Shown here: positions 55,081 through 64,000 of the stretch, piece by piece
How the letters are laid out: every line of letters begins with the position of its first letter
Position numbering within the stretch: the first letter of the stretch is position 1
Origin: Nostoc sp.
GTDB taxonomy: Bacteria > Cyanobacteriota > Cyanobacteriia > Cyanobacteriales > Nostocaceae
Assembly: GCA_036918135.1 (NCBI GenBank)
Contig: JBALDB010000056.1
Location: forward strand, 128,001 to 192,000
DNA: 64,000 nucleotides
Direction: 5' to 3'
The notes under the pieces: generated by a model
The model's input: the letters and a program-made list of their open reading frames with translations, nothing else
What the model was told of the DNA's origin: nothing
The model's database searches: none
Translations under genes and position numbers: made by a program

Positions 55081-56085
55081 ATGACAAGTAAGCCGGAACG
55101 CGTGGTACTGATTGGAGTAGCCGGAGACTCTGGTTGCGGTAAATCTACGTTTTTGCGTCGTCTGATAGATTTGTTTGGTGAAGATTTAATGACAGTCATC
55201 TGCTTGGATGACTATCACTCTTTGGATCGCAAACAACGTAAAGAAACGGGGATAACCGCACTAGACCCCAGGGCGAACAATTTTGACCTGATGTATGAGC
55301 AAATTAAAGCGCTCAAAAATGGTCAAGGGATTGATAAGCCGATTTACAACCACGAAACCGGCTTGATTGACCCGCCAGAGCGGGTGGAGCCGAATCATAT
55401 TATAGTGGTTGAAGGACTGCATCCTTTATACGATGAGCGGGTGCGATCGCTAATTGACTTCAGCGTTTATTTTGACATTAGTGATGAAGTCAAAATTGCC
55501 TGGAAAATCCAGCGAGATATGGCTGAGCGCGGTCATGGCTACGATGATGTCTTAGCGCAAATCAATTCCCGCAAACCTGACTTTGAAAAGTTTATCGAAC
55601 CACAAAGAGAATTTGCTGATGTAGTTCTTCAGGTATTGCCCACCAACTTGATCAAAAACGACACGGAGCGTCGAGTCTTACGGGTACGTATGCTCCAGCG
55701 CGAAGGTAAAGAAGGCTTTGAACCAACCTACCTATTTGATGAAGGGTCAACAATTAACTGGACTCCCTGTGGACGTAAGCTTACCTGTTCGTATCCTGGT
55801 ATGCAATTATACTATGGCTCTGATGTCTATTACGGGCGTTACGTCTCAGTATTAGAGGTAGATGGTCAATTTGACAACCTAGAAGAAGTAATTTACATCG
55901 AAACCCATCTCAGCAATACATCCACCAAATATCAAGGTGAGTTAACTCACTTATTACTCCAGCACCGTGAATATCCAGGTTCCAACAATGGAACTGGTTT
56001 GTTCCAAGTGCTTACAGGTTTGAAAATGCGGGCTGCCTATGAGCGGTTGACAGCTACGGAAGCAAAGTTAGCAGTTCAGGTTTAA
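55081..56085 (+). CDS. prk: Phosphoribulokinase
   Basis: GDSGCGKST, DDYHSLDR, EGLHP, GSNNGTG. Confidence 0.97.
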   Translation: MTSKPERVVLIGVAGDSGCGKSTFLRRLIDLFGEDLMTVICLDDYHSLDRKQRKETGITALDPRANNFDLMYEQIKALKNGQGIDKPIYNHETGLIDPPERVEPNHIIVVEGLHPLYDERVRSLIDFSVYFDISDEVKIAWKIQRDMAERGHGYDDVLAQINSRKPDFEKFIEPQREFADVVLQVLPTNLIKNDTERRVLRVRMLQREGKEGFEPTYLFDEGSTINWTPCGRKLTCSYPGMQLYYGSDVYYGRYVSVLEVDGQFDNLEEVIYIETHLSNTSTKYQGELTHLLLQHREYPGSNNGTGLFQVLTGLKMRAAYERLTATEAKLAVQV

Positions 56086-56114
56086 AGCAGCAGTGTTTGT
56101 GTCAAAGTTTAGCA

Positions 56115-56144
56115 GGGGCACTTTTGGGAGTGCCCCATTTTTTT
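56115..56144 (+). terminator. Intrinsic terminator of prk
   Basis: ggggcact-tttggg-agtgcccc followed by atttttttt. Confidence 0.75.
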
Positions 56145-57080
56145 ATATTCTTAATATCAGAATCAAAAAATATAGCAGGGGGCAGGAGGCAGGCGGCAGA
56201 GGGCAGGAGGCAGAAGGTAAAACTATTACTATTCCCAGCTTTCACGCTTGTTATTATGTCCTAACCTATATGACTACAGCTATACAGCGTATTGCAGGTT
56301 TATGAGGTACAAAACTGAGAATTCAAAACTCTAATTATTTTTTATCCCTTCAGCATAGCTACCTCCTACCTCCTGCCTCAAGACCTGTGACTTTGTACTT
56401 CATGTAAACGAAAACTGCTGTATATCTTTTTTATAGATACTTGGGGTTGCATGATTGCGGGATGATTTTGGAATTTGCATCAACCACAATCTCCGTGTCA
56501 GTCTGAATCATTCCCTTGTTCAGCAACGCGCAAAATGCCATTAATAATAGTGTGATGGTCTTGGCTTAGATATCCGGTTTATGCGTTTATGAATTTCAAC
56601 AAACTGCTGCAATGAAAAATATATGCCACAAGATAGCTGCTTTTTGGATATATATATGCCATGGAAGTTTGGAACAAGTACCTGAAGCATAAAAATAGTT
56701 AAAAACTAGAAATAAAAATGTTTTGTGACTTAGGTATAAACGTTTATATGTTCAAGGAGTGCTGTGAGAACAACTGTGTTAGAAAAAAACGCCCATAGAA
56801 GAATCTGCAATATCTAGTAGAGTCTTCAGAACAAATGAAAAAAGCGGGTTTTTGTAAATTAGTAGTACTAAGTGTATTTTCAGAAATTACTTTATATATT
56901 TTTGCTTTTTATTTTGTTTTAATGCTAAAAAATATATCAATAATTATTTAAGTATGGCTATTATTTATTACTATCTTTAGGATGCCCAATTCCCTCACTA
57001 TAGTAAGATGTGCGCTCACTATCTTAACTGCTATTATATTTCTTAGAATAGAAATTACAGTTGACGTAACGAGGTAAGTA

Positions 57081-57281
57081 ATGGCAATTAAATTGAAGGT
57101 TCCGAATATTAAAGGTGATGATTGCGCCAAAAAAATAACTAAATCTATTCAGACTATGGAATCTGATGCCAAAGTAGATGTGAACGTTGATACTAAAACT
57201 GTAACTGTAGAAACTGCCGCTTCTGAAGAGTCAATTAAACAGATAGTTCAATCTGCTGGTTTCACAATCGAAGGCTATTAA
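57081..57281 (+). CDS. HMA-domain (Atx1/CopZ-like) protein with degenerate metal motif
   Basis: LKVPNIKGDDCAKKIT...VDVNVDTKTVTV...AGF. Confidence 0.75.
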   Translation: MAIKLKVPNIKGDDCAKKITKSIQTMESDAKVDVNVDTKTVTVETAASEESIKQIVQSAGFTIEGY

Positions 57282-57546
57282 TTACATTTCTAAATTGTTG
57301 GGCAGATTTAGATGAAGTAATTTAGCCCGCACAATTGCTTAGTCATATATTCGCCCGGTTAACGGGCGGAATATGATTAATTACTCTAGTCGCCAAAAAA
57401 TATTTACCTCTTTTGACACACTAAAAATACTTATCTTTCTAGCTAACTTATATAGCTGTATTGTTACAGCTATATAATGTAGGACTTTAAAGTATTACTA
57501 TACGGTTGTTTGCTCCTGATAAAATTGCTAAATTCAGTACTCGTTT

Positions 57547-58509
57547 TTAAGAACGAATTAACATAGGGTCATAAATTTGATATTCCTCAACCCCATAATT
57601 GCCCAAAATTAACCTAGCTTGCTCAAGCTCATTGTCTGTGCCACTAACGATGAGTAGATAGTTGCCTTGAGCAATTTGCTCGTTATAAAAGCGTGCCCAC
57701 TCATCTCCTATTCCTAACCTCATAGCGTCAAAACGGTCGCTTAAATTAATATCTATTGACCCAATTAATTGAGAAAAGTTTTTAGAAATTAAGGAAATCT
57801 GGTTTGCTGGAAAACCTGCGACATACATATCATTAATTGTGGCTTCAACATTATCTATGTTATCGAAGTAACTAACAGCATACTTCGTGAGAATCCCAGT
57901 TTTATTAGGAATGGTACTAGCAGAATTTGTCGTACTTAAATAATTTGTAGGTAATTGCTCGCTGTTGAGATGCTCGTAAATACCAAACTCTTCAATACCC
58001 CAACGCTTTAAAATTGCTTCTACTTTTGCAATTTCACTAGATGTACAATCCACAATTATTAAATAGTGTCCATACTCTACTCGTTGATTATATGCTCTAG
58101 CTTGCTCTTCCGATATTCCCCAACCAACTAATGCGCCAGCAAAAGTCCCAGTAGCAGCGCCAATACTTGCCCCAACAAGGGTTGTAACCAAAGCAGTTGC
58201 AGCTGCGCCAGCCATCATTATTGGCCCAACTCCAGGGATTGCTAAAGTACCAAGACCTACTAATAAACCAGTTAGTCCACCAACAGCGCCGCCTGAAAGC
58301 CCTCCTACTGTTGCACCTTCATCAGCTTTATCACCAGTGCGCTCTTTAATTTCATCATCGGCCATCTCATGATTGTAGTCTGCATTCTGTACAACTACAG
58401 ACACTTTATCCATCGCCAAGCCAGAATCTCTTAACTCATGTAATGCCCGTTCTGCATCTCGACGATGAGTAAAAACGCCTACAGCACGTTGATATTGACT
58501 TAAAACCAT
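57547..58509 (-). CDS. General stress protein-like membrane protein (glycine zipper)
   Basis: RAVGVF...AERALHELRDSG, GLLVGLGTLAIPGVGP, GISEEQARAY. Confidence 0.75.
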   Translation of the reverse strand: MVLSQYQRAVGVFTHRRDAERALHELRDSGLAMDKVSVVVQNADYNHEMADDEIKERTGDKADEGATVGGLSGGAVGGLTGLLVGLGTLAIPGVGPIMMAGAAATALVTTLVGASIGAATGTFAGALVGWGISEEQARAYNQRVEYGHYLIIVDCTSSEIAKVEAILKRWGIEEFGIYEHLNSEQLPTNYLSTTNSASTIPNKTGILTKYAVSYFDNIDNVEATINDMYVAGFPANQISLISKNFSQLIGSIDINLSDRFDAMRLGIGDEWARFYNEQIAQGNYLLIVSGTDNELEQARLILGNYGVEEYQIYDPMLIRS

Positions 58510-58736
58510 TGTTACTCCTTGATAGCAGGGTAAAATTAATTCCTTACAAATCTAGTTTTTCATTTCCTGTAATCTTAAATACAACTTTATTTAACTCAAA
58601 ACCATCCTAAGTAATAAAATTAATTACAAACCCTGCAATCAGTACCCCTTTAAACTCACTTAAGCGTCTACCTACAACTTCCCACTGGTTATCTACTAAA
58701 CTTTGCTATCACTAGGTCAGGGTCATCCTAGTTTGC

Positions 58737-59957
58737 TTATTTTTTGCTATCAGTAGTTGTACTGCTCATTTGTTCTCGCAAAATTGTAACTTGAGAAAGC
58801 ATAATTTTCTCCATTGCCCCAGTTTCTAAGGTTCCGATCCAGCGAATCATTGATGAGAGAAATAGTTCTTTGAGATATGCAAAAGAAAAGCCATCTGTCA
58901 ATGCAACTATCTGATTAATAGCTTCCTCAGATAACTGCATTGCTGTTGTTAATTTTTGATTCCACAACGTTATATAAGCTTGTCTGACTACAATATCTGG
59001 TAATTCAAAGTGATATTTGCGGTCAAAACGGCTGGGGCGATCGCTAATTGCAGAATCTAAACGTTCTGGATGATTTGTAGATGCAATAGTAATAATTCCT
59101 TCGTTCAAGGCGAAGCCATCCAATTCATTTAAAAAGAAAGAGCGATTTTCATCAGTTAATAGAGAATCGATATCTTCTAGTACCAAAATACAAGGTGCTG
59201 ACTGCCTAGCTTGTTTGAATACTTTCCGAATATTTTCACTATCAGTGTCATACTCACACTTGAAGCTTTTGACATACAAGCAAGGCTGTTGCATTTGATT
59301 AATCAATGCTTTTACTGTATGCGTTTTGCCATTTCCTGGTGAACCTATAAACAAAATACCCCGCTTCCAAGGCACACCATAAGCTGTGTAAGTTTCGCGG
59401 GATGCAAAGAATCTATTCAAATCATCTTGAATATCTTGCTTGAGATTACCTTGCAAAATCAGATTGTCAAAAGTAGCACCTTGAATTGATTGAAATAGTT
59501 CAGTATTTTTTTGCCAATAACCATTTTCAAAGACTAAAACTTCGTCACGAATTTCTGAATTCCAATCACAAACATTAATAAAAAAATCTTCAGCTACTTC
59601 TTTGCTATCAGCCAAAATCCAGTAATATCGAGTTTTACAATAACCTTCTTGCCAACTCATTAAGAGAATATCGAGTTTATGTCCTTGCCATATAACTTCA
59701 AAACTGGCATTTTCGGTATGGTTATCAATTTCTTGCTCCATTCCATCCCAGCTAGTAATAATCTGGTTGTGGATAAAGATATTCTGTTGAAGAGTACAGG
59801 GGTTTACCTTAGCATACTTCTCCAAATTGAATGTCGGATCGTCCCCCTCTACCATTACTTTCTGGGGATAGATTGCTGCTAATTCTTGACTGATATGGTA
59901 GGCGATCGCATTATTAGGTAGACTTAACGCTTCTGTAATCAATTGTTGAATTTTCAC
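58737..59957 (-). CDS. AAA+ ATPase (BCS1-like)
   Basis: GVPWKRGILFIGSPGNGKT, VLEDID, STNHPERLD, RPSRFD. Confidence 0.88.
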   Translation of the reverse strand: MKIQQLITEALSLPNNAIAYHISQELAAIYPQKVMVEGDDPTFNLEKYAKVNPCTLQQNIFIHNQIITSWDGMEQEIDNHTENASFEVIWQGHKLDILLMSWQEGYCKTRYYWILADSKEVAEDFFINVCDWNSEIRDEVLVFENGYWQKNTELFQSIQGATFDNLILQGNLKQDIQDDLNRFFASRETYTAYGVPWKRGILFIGSPGNGKTHTVKALINQMQQPCLYVKSFKCEYDTDSENIRKVFKQARQSAPCILVLEDIDSLLTDENRSFFLNELDGFALNEGIITIASTNHPERLDSAISDRPSRFDRKYHFELPDIVVRQAYITLWNQKLTTAMQLSEEAINQIVALTDGFSFAYLKELFLSSMIRWIGTLETGAMEKIMLSQVTILREQMSSTTTDSKK

Positions 59958-60168
59958 AATTATTTATTTCCCTGGTAAGTTTTAGTCTGGAAATCCTCAC
60001 ACTGGTGTTTAGCTACAAGACCTCTAAGATAAATTCCGCAGAAAATCCAATATTTTCAATTCTCAGACTTAATTATCTAATTATCTTGTTTCATTTATGA
60101 CAAAAATTAAGATTCACCTCACCGATCCGCGAATCTTAATTGCATCATCAAAAATTACAAGATATCAG

Positions 60169-60981
60169 TTACTTACTTTTTTTAAGTTCGTGCATACTTC
60201 TGACAACTTTTGTGACTAAATTTCTAGGTGTAAATCTGACGCTTTGAGTCAGTATCTTATTTCTCATACCAGGAATTACCACAGTTTTATTTGTCATCAA
60301 ACCACGATAACCAATACTAGCAACGGTTTGTGTGTCCATCATTCTGTTAACGCTGGCAATTTTCGAGTTTTCCATTGCAGCAGTTTGTTGAAATTCCGAA
60401 GCTGTAGGCCCTGGACAAAGAACAGTGACGCTGACACCTGTACCTTCTAATTCATTAGCGATCGCTTCTGAAAATGATAAGACATAAGCTTTAGTAGCAA
60501 AATAAACTGCCATTAAAGGCCCTGGTTGAAAAGCAGCAGCCGAGGCAACATTTAATATTTTTCCATAGTCTTGCTCAAGCATTTCTTTAAGAAATAACTT
60601 AGTTAAATGAGTCAGACTCACGATATTTACCTGTAGCATTTTTAATTCAGTAGCGAGGTCTGTTTTGTTAAATGTTCCGTAAGTACCAAAACCAGCATTG
60701 TTGATCAGTACATCAATCTTGATGGATGCTTGCTGTAATTCTGTAAAAATTTCTTCTGGTGATGTTGGTAGAGATAAATCTTTAGTAACAGCTTTGACAA
60801 AAATATTGAATTTTTGCGGTAATTCGTTTACAATTTCAGTAAGTTTTTGTTCGTTCTTATCCACCAAAACAAGATTATAACTATGACGAGCAAAAATTTG
60901 TGTAAATTGGTAGCCTATTCCACTAGCTGCTCCAGTAATTAAAGCAGTTTTTTTGTGTCGATTTTTTGATGTTGTATTCAT
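60169..60981 (-). CDS. SDR family oxidoreductase
   Basis: TGAASGIG, NNAG, YFATK. Confidence 0.92.
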   Translation of the reverse strand: MNTTSKNRHKKTALITGAASGIGYQFTQIFARHSYNLVLVDKNEQKLTEIVNELPQKFNIFVKAVTKDLSLPTSPEEIFTELQQASIKIDVLINNAGFGTYGTFNKTDLATELKMLQVNIVSLTHLTKLFLKEMLEQDYGKILNVASAAAFQPGPLMAVYFATKAYVLSFSEAIANELEGTGVSVTVLCPGPTASEFQQTAAMENSKIASVNRMMDTQTVASIGYRGLMTNKTVVIPGMRNKILTQSVRFTPRNLVTKVVRSMHELKKSK

Positions 60982-61138
60982 TTGATAAAAATGGCGAATC
61001 TAAGTTAGTTAATTGAAGTACAGTAATATATAACAATACCTTCGCCAAATCGAAAAATATGTATCTAGCTCGACAATTAAAATTAGCAGATATCTGCTCG
61101 TAATTTTATTTAATTTCTGAAAATAAGTGTTGTCCGAC

Positions 61139-61166
61139 TCCCCGATTTATTAAATAAGTCGGGAAG
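61139..61166 (-). terminator. Hairpin downstream of the AAA gene
   Basis: tcccgatttat-taa-ataagtcggga. Confidence 0.5.
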
Positions 61167-61187
61167 CTAAGTTTTCACAAAACAACT

Positions 61188-62390
61188 TTATACAAACAGT
61201 TGCGTAAACTCATACATTAAATCCACCCTACCTTTACGTAACATGGCTGGATCTAATCTTTCAGTAGTATTGCAAGTCATTAAGACAACTAACCGTTGCT
61301 GCATCTGAATATTAGAATCATCAATTACACTCTGATACAAAGTACCATCCAGCAAACTGAGAATGTGTTCGGTTTTGTTATTGTATTGTGCTACTTCGGA
61401 TGCACGATTTTGTGCTAAATTATCAGCTTCGTTGATGACAATACAAATCCGCTCTAAATAAGTGGGTGGGACAAAATTGGCGATCGCATCATGATCTAAA
61501 ATAAAAATTACAAAACCTAAAGGTACAAGAATTTCTTTTGCTACTGCTTGTGTCCAAGCTGTTTTACCCGTCCCCGGTTCTCCATGTACAACAACTGCTA
61601 ACTGATTTTGATTGAGAATTGCTTGCTGTACAGAATCAGTAAAGTTTTGGATGTCTGCTGGAAATGTGCGAATAGGAAATTGACTGTGAACTTTGCCTAC
61701 ACGGCTTTGATATCCACTCAGCATGACTGCTAAGTCGTAAGTTGCTTTGTTGATTAATGGTGCTAAATTTTTCGCCATTAAAGTATATTGTCGCCGTCCG
61801 CGATCGTAAGGATCGATTTGCAACCAAACGTCATATTTAGACCAGTAAGCATAAACAGTATTGATTACATCTAATCGTTCCCAGTTAAAAAACTTTTCTA
61901 CAGGAAAGTAAAAATCTCTTTCTGAGTAATATTGAGTAATAATATCCGGACGAGCTAGTAAATGTAAAACTCGCACTACAGTAATTTCTTGTAATCTGTT
62001 TAGAACATAATCAATAGGAATACTGCTACGACTGACAAATTGAACGATGGGTGTTTCCGTACTCAAAATATCTTTGTAGCGATGATCTGGTGATTGAGGA
62101 TCTGGTGTAATGTAATTCCAAAATTTTTCAATTTCGTAACGCGTATTATCAGATACAATACTTAAGAGATTTGCCCACCAAGCATAATTATTTCGTCCCA
62201 AAATATCAGCAATATTACTTGCTAAATTGAAACTTTTTTGAGTTAATTCGCGTGAGTCATGAGATAATAGATGCCATAAAAAGCTCCAGTCTAATTCTCG
62301 GTGAAACGGTCGCCAACCGCTAGCGAGTAAGCTTTGACGAGTATTATTCGCAGGAGTACCATCAATGCTTCTATAATAATCGAAATCCAT
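61188..62390 (-). CDS. AAA family ATPase with unknown N-terminal domain
   Basis: GEPGTGKT, IVINEAD, TCNTTERLDPAMLRKGRVD. Confidence 0.85.
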   Translation of the reverse strand: MDFDYYRSIDGTPANNTRQSLLASGWRPFHRELDWSFLWHLLSHDSRELTQKSFNLASNIADILGRNNYAWWANLLSIVSDNTRYEIEKFWNYITPDPQSPDHRYKDILSTETPIVQFVSRSSIPIDYVLNRLQEITVVRVLHLLARPDIITQYYSERDFYFPVEKFFNWERLDVINTVYAYWSKYDVWLQIDPYDRGRRQYTLMAKNLAPLINKATYDLAVMLSGYQSRVGKVHSQFPIRTFPADIQNFTDSVQQAILNQNQLAVVVHGEPGTGKTAWTQAVAKEILVPLGFVIFILDHDAIANFVPPTYLERICIVINEADNLAQNRASEVAQYNNKTEHILSLLDGTLYQSVIDDSNIQMQQRLVVLMTCNTTERLDPAMLRKGRVDLMYEFTQLFV

Positions 62391-62898
62391 ATTTGTTTAG
62401 TTATACAGCGTTACTGAGTTATTTTACGTGTAAGTAGGAGGTTGGGAAAAGTTTATCTTGTAATATAAACCAATTGCGTGGAAGTCGCCAGAGCCAAAGT
62501 CTACATCAGTTAAAAGAACTACAGTGGTAAGTGACTATACACACTCTTTCAAGGATAGCTACTTCTGCGCCAACCTACCAGGTTGTTTATAACTCACTTT
62601 GAGAATTAAAATTATCAATAATCAAGCTAGATAGATAATAATGACTGTAAACCCACTCTTTTTGTAACTTGCAACTAGTTAGTTAGAAAAGCTCTTTAAT
62701 CTAAACTAATTATAGTATACTACAAATAATACAAAATTTATATATATCAACTATTTTGAGAAATCAATTGACACAAAGGTTTTCAATTGAATGGAATACA
62801 CTTGAAAATAAAATTAAATTATTGTAGGGCAGGATTGCTGTACTAGCCTATTGTGAAGCATGAAGGCGAAGTAAAGCCTCTCATAGCCTTATCAAACG

Positions 62899-64000
62899 TC
62901 AAGTTGAGTATTTACCATTAATTTCTATATAACCTTCTGAAAGGTCGCAACCCCATACAGTTGCAGAAGCTTCGCCAATATTAAGACTAACATGAATGTC
63001 TACTCGATCCTTGGACATAACTTGCCGCAACCGAGCCAGATTTTCCTCGCTTAAATTATCAGGATAAACTTTCACATTGTCAAACCTGATAATAACTCGT
63101 TCTGGATTTATCTGTTGTTCATTTTCACATTTGCCTATAGCCATAGCAACTCGTCCCCAATTTGGATCTGCTCCATAAACGGCGGTTTTGACCAATGGTG
63201 AATTTACAATTGCTTTAGCTACCTTTTTAGCTTGTGCATAGTTAATAGCAAAATCCACAGTTACCTGAATAATCTTAGTAGCACCTTCTCCATCTTGGGC
63301 AATTTTCAACACTAATTCATGGGCGATTTCTTGCAATGCATTAGCAAAATCTCGTTCTGGAACTTCGCCTGCCAAACCATTTGCTAAAATGACGGCAGAA
63401 TCACTAGTAGAAGTATCAGTATCTATACTCAGGCAGTTAAATGTTTTATCAATAGTAGAGCGAAAAATAGAACGCAGACTGTTTGCTTTAATAGCAGCAT
63501 CAGTAAAAAAGAAAGCTAGAAGAGTAGCCATATTCGGCTCAATCATACCGACACCTTTGGCAATTCCTACTAACTTGGCATTTCCGATTTGGCGTGTAGC
63601 GAGTTTCACTACTGTATCGGTGGTCATAATACCACGGGCTGCGGCATGAAAATCAGCAGCACTCAATTTTTTTCCTAATCCTAATAAACCTGCGCGGATT
63701 TTTTCAATGGGGTAACGTCTGCCAATTACACCTGTAGAAGCTATTACAATATTATGTGCAGCAACTCCAGTTTCAGTTGCAATTAATTGCAGAACCTCTT
63801 GAGCGTCAGCGATACCAACAGAACCATTAGCGACATTTGCATTCTTAGATATAACAACAATTGCTTGTGCTTGTGAATCTTTTAAGTTATCGCGGCTAAT
63901 AGTAACACTTGGTCCAGCGAAAAGACTTTGAGTAAAAACTCCATCAGCAACACAAGGAACTTCTGATTTAATCAAGACAAAATCATCTGTTGTATCTCGG
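62899..64000 (-). CDS. argJ: Ornithine acetyltransferase ArgJ family (5'-truncated by window), Oat2-like
   Basis: NANVA, STGVIG, IMTTDT, KGVGMIEPNMAT autoproteolysis motif, DGEGATK, DPNWGR. Confidence 0.92.
   Translation of the reverse strand, partial: RDTTDDFVLIKSEVPCVADGVFTQSLFAGPSVTISRDNLKDSQAQAIVVISKNANVANGSVGIADAQEVLQLIATETGVAAHNIVIASTGVIGRRYPIEKIRAGLLGLGKKLSAADFHAAARGIMTTDTVVKLATRQIGNAKLVGIAKGVGMIEPNMATLLAFFFTDAAIKANSLRSIFRSTIDKTFNCLSIDTDTSTSDSAVILANGLAGEVPERDFANALQEIAHELVLKIAQDGEGATKIIQVTVDFAINYAQAKKVAKAIVNSPLVKTAVYGADPNWGRVAMAIGKCENEQQINPERVIIRFDNVKVYPDNLSEENLARLRQVMSKDRVDIHVSLNIGEASATVWGCDLSEGYIEINGKYST

Overview
Chromosomal window of a heterocyst-forming cyanobacterium (Nostocales-like, from abundant HIP1 GCGATCGC sites, heptamer STRR repeats and a flv3B-flv1B-type pair). 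Core loci: the atp operon (a, c, b', b, delta, alpha, gamma), tmRNA, two flavodiiron genes, ndhQ (missed by the ORF track), the beta-carboxysome operon ccmK2K1LMNO plus cmpR divergent from ndhF4-ndhD4-cupB, hom, petH, prk and a partial Oat2-like argJ. Accessory content: decayed genes after tmRNA; a TIGR03032-like gene followed by a 1446-aa double FG-GAP-propeller/cadherin-like/RTX protein; a PlsY-PEP-utilizer fusion coupled to a cupin; an inactivated small-protein/aspartyl-protease pair; an orphan DpdE/RapA-like SNF2 helicase; and a 7-kb variable block between cupB and hom. That block holds Uma2 genes, two atypical kinases, a 120-aa hypothetical gene with a 21-bp tandem array upstream, and an RHH/SAP-like divergent pair. 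Its modules are separated by repeated Uma2 3'-end/HIP1 motifs, three of which carry 27-nt insertions. No CRISPR array, rRNA, tRNA or intact transposase was seen. Family names come from motif recognition, not database searches.
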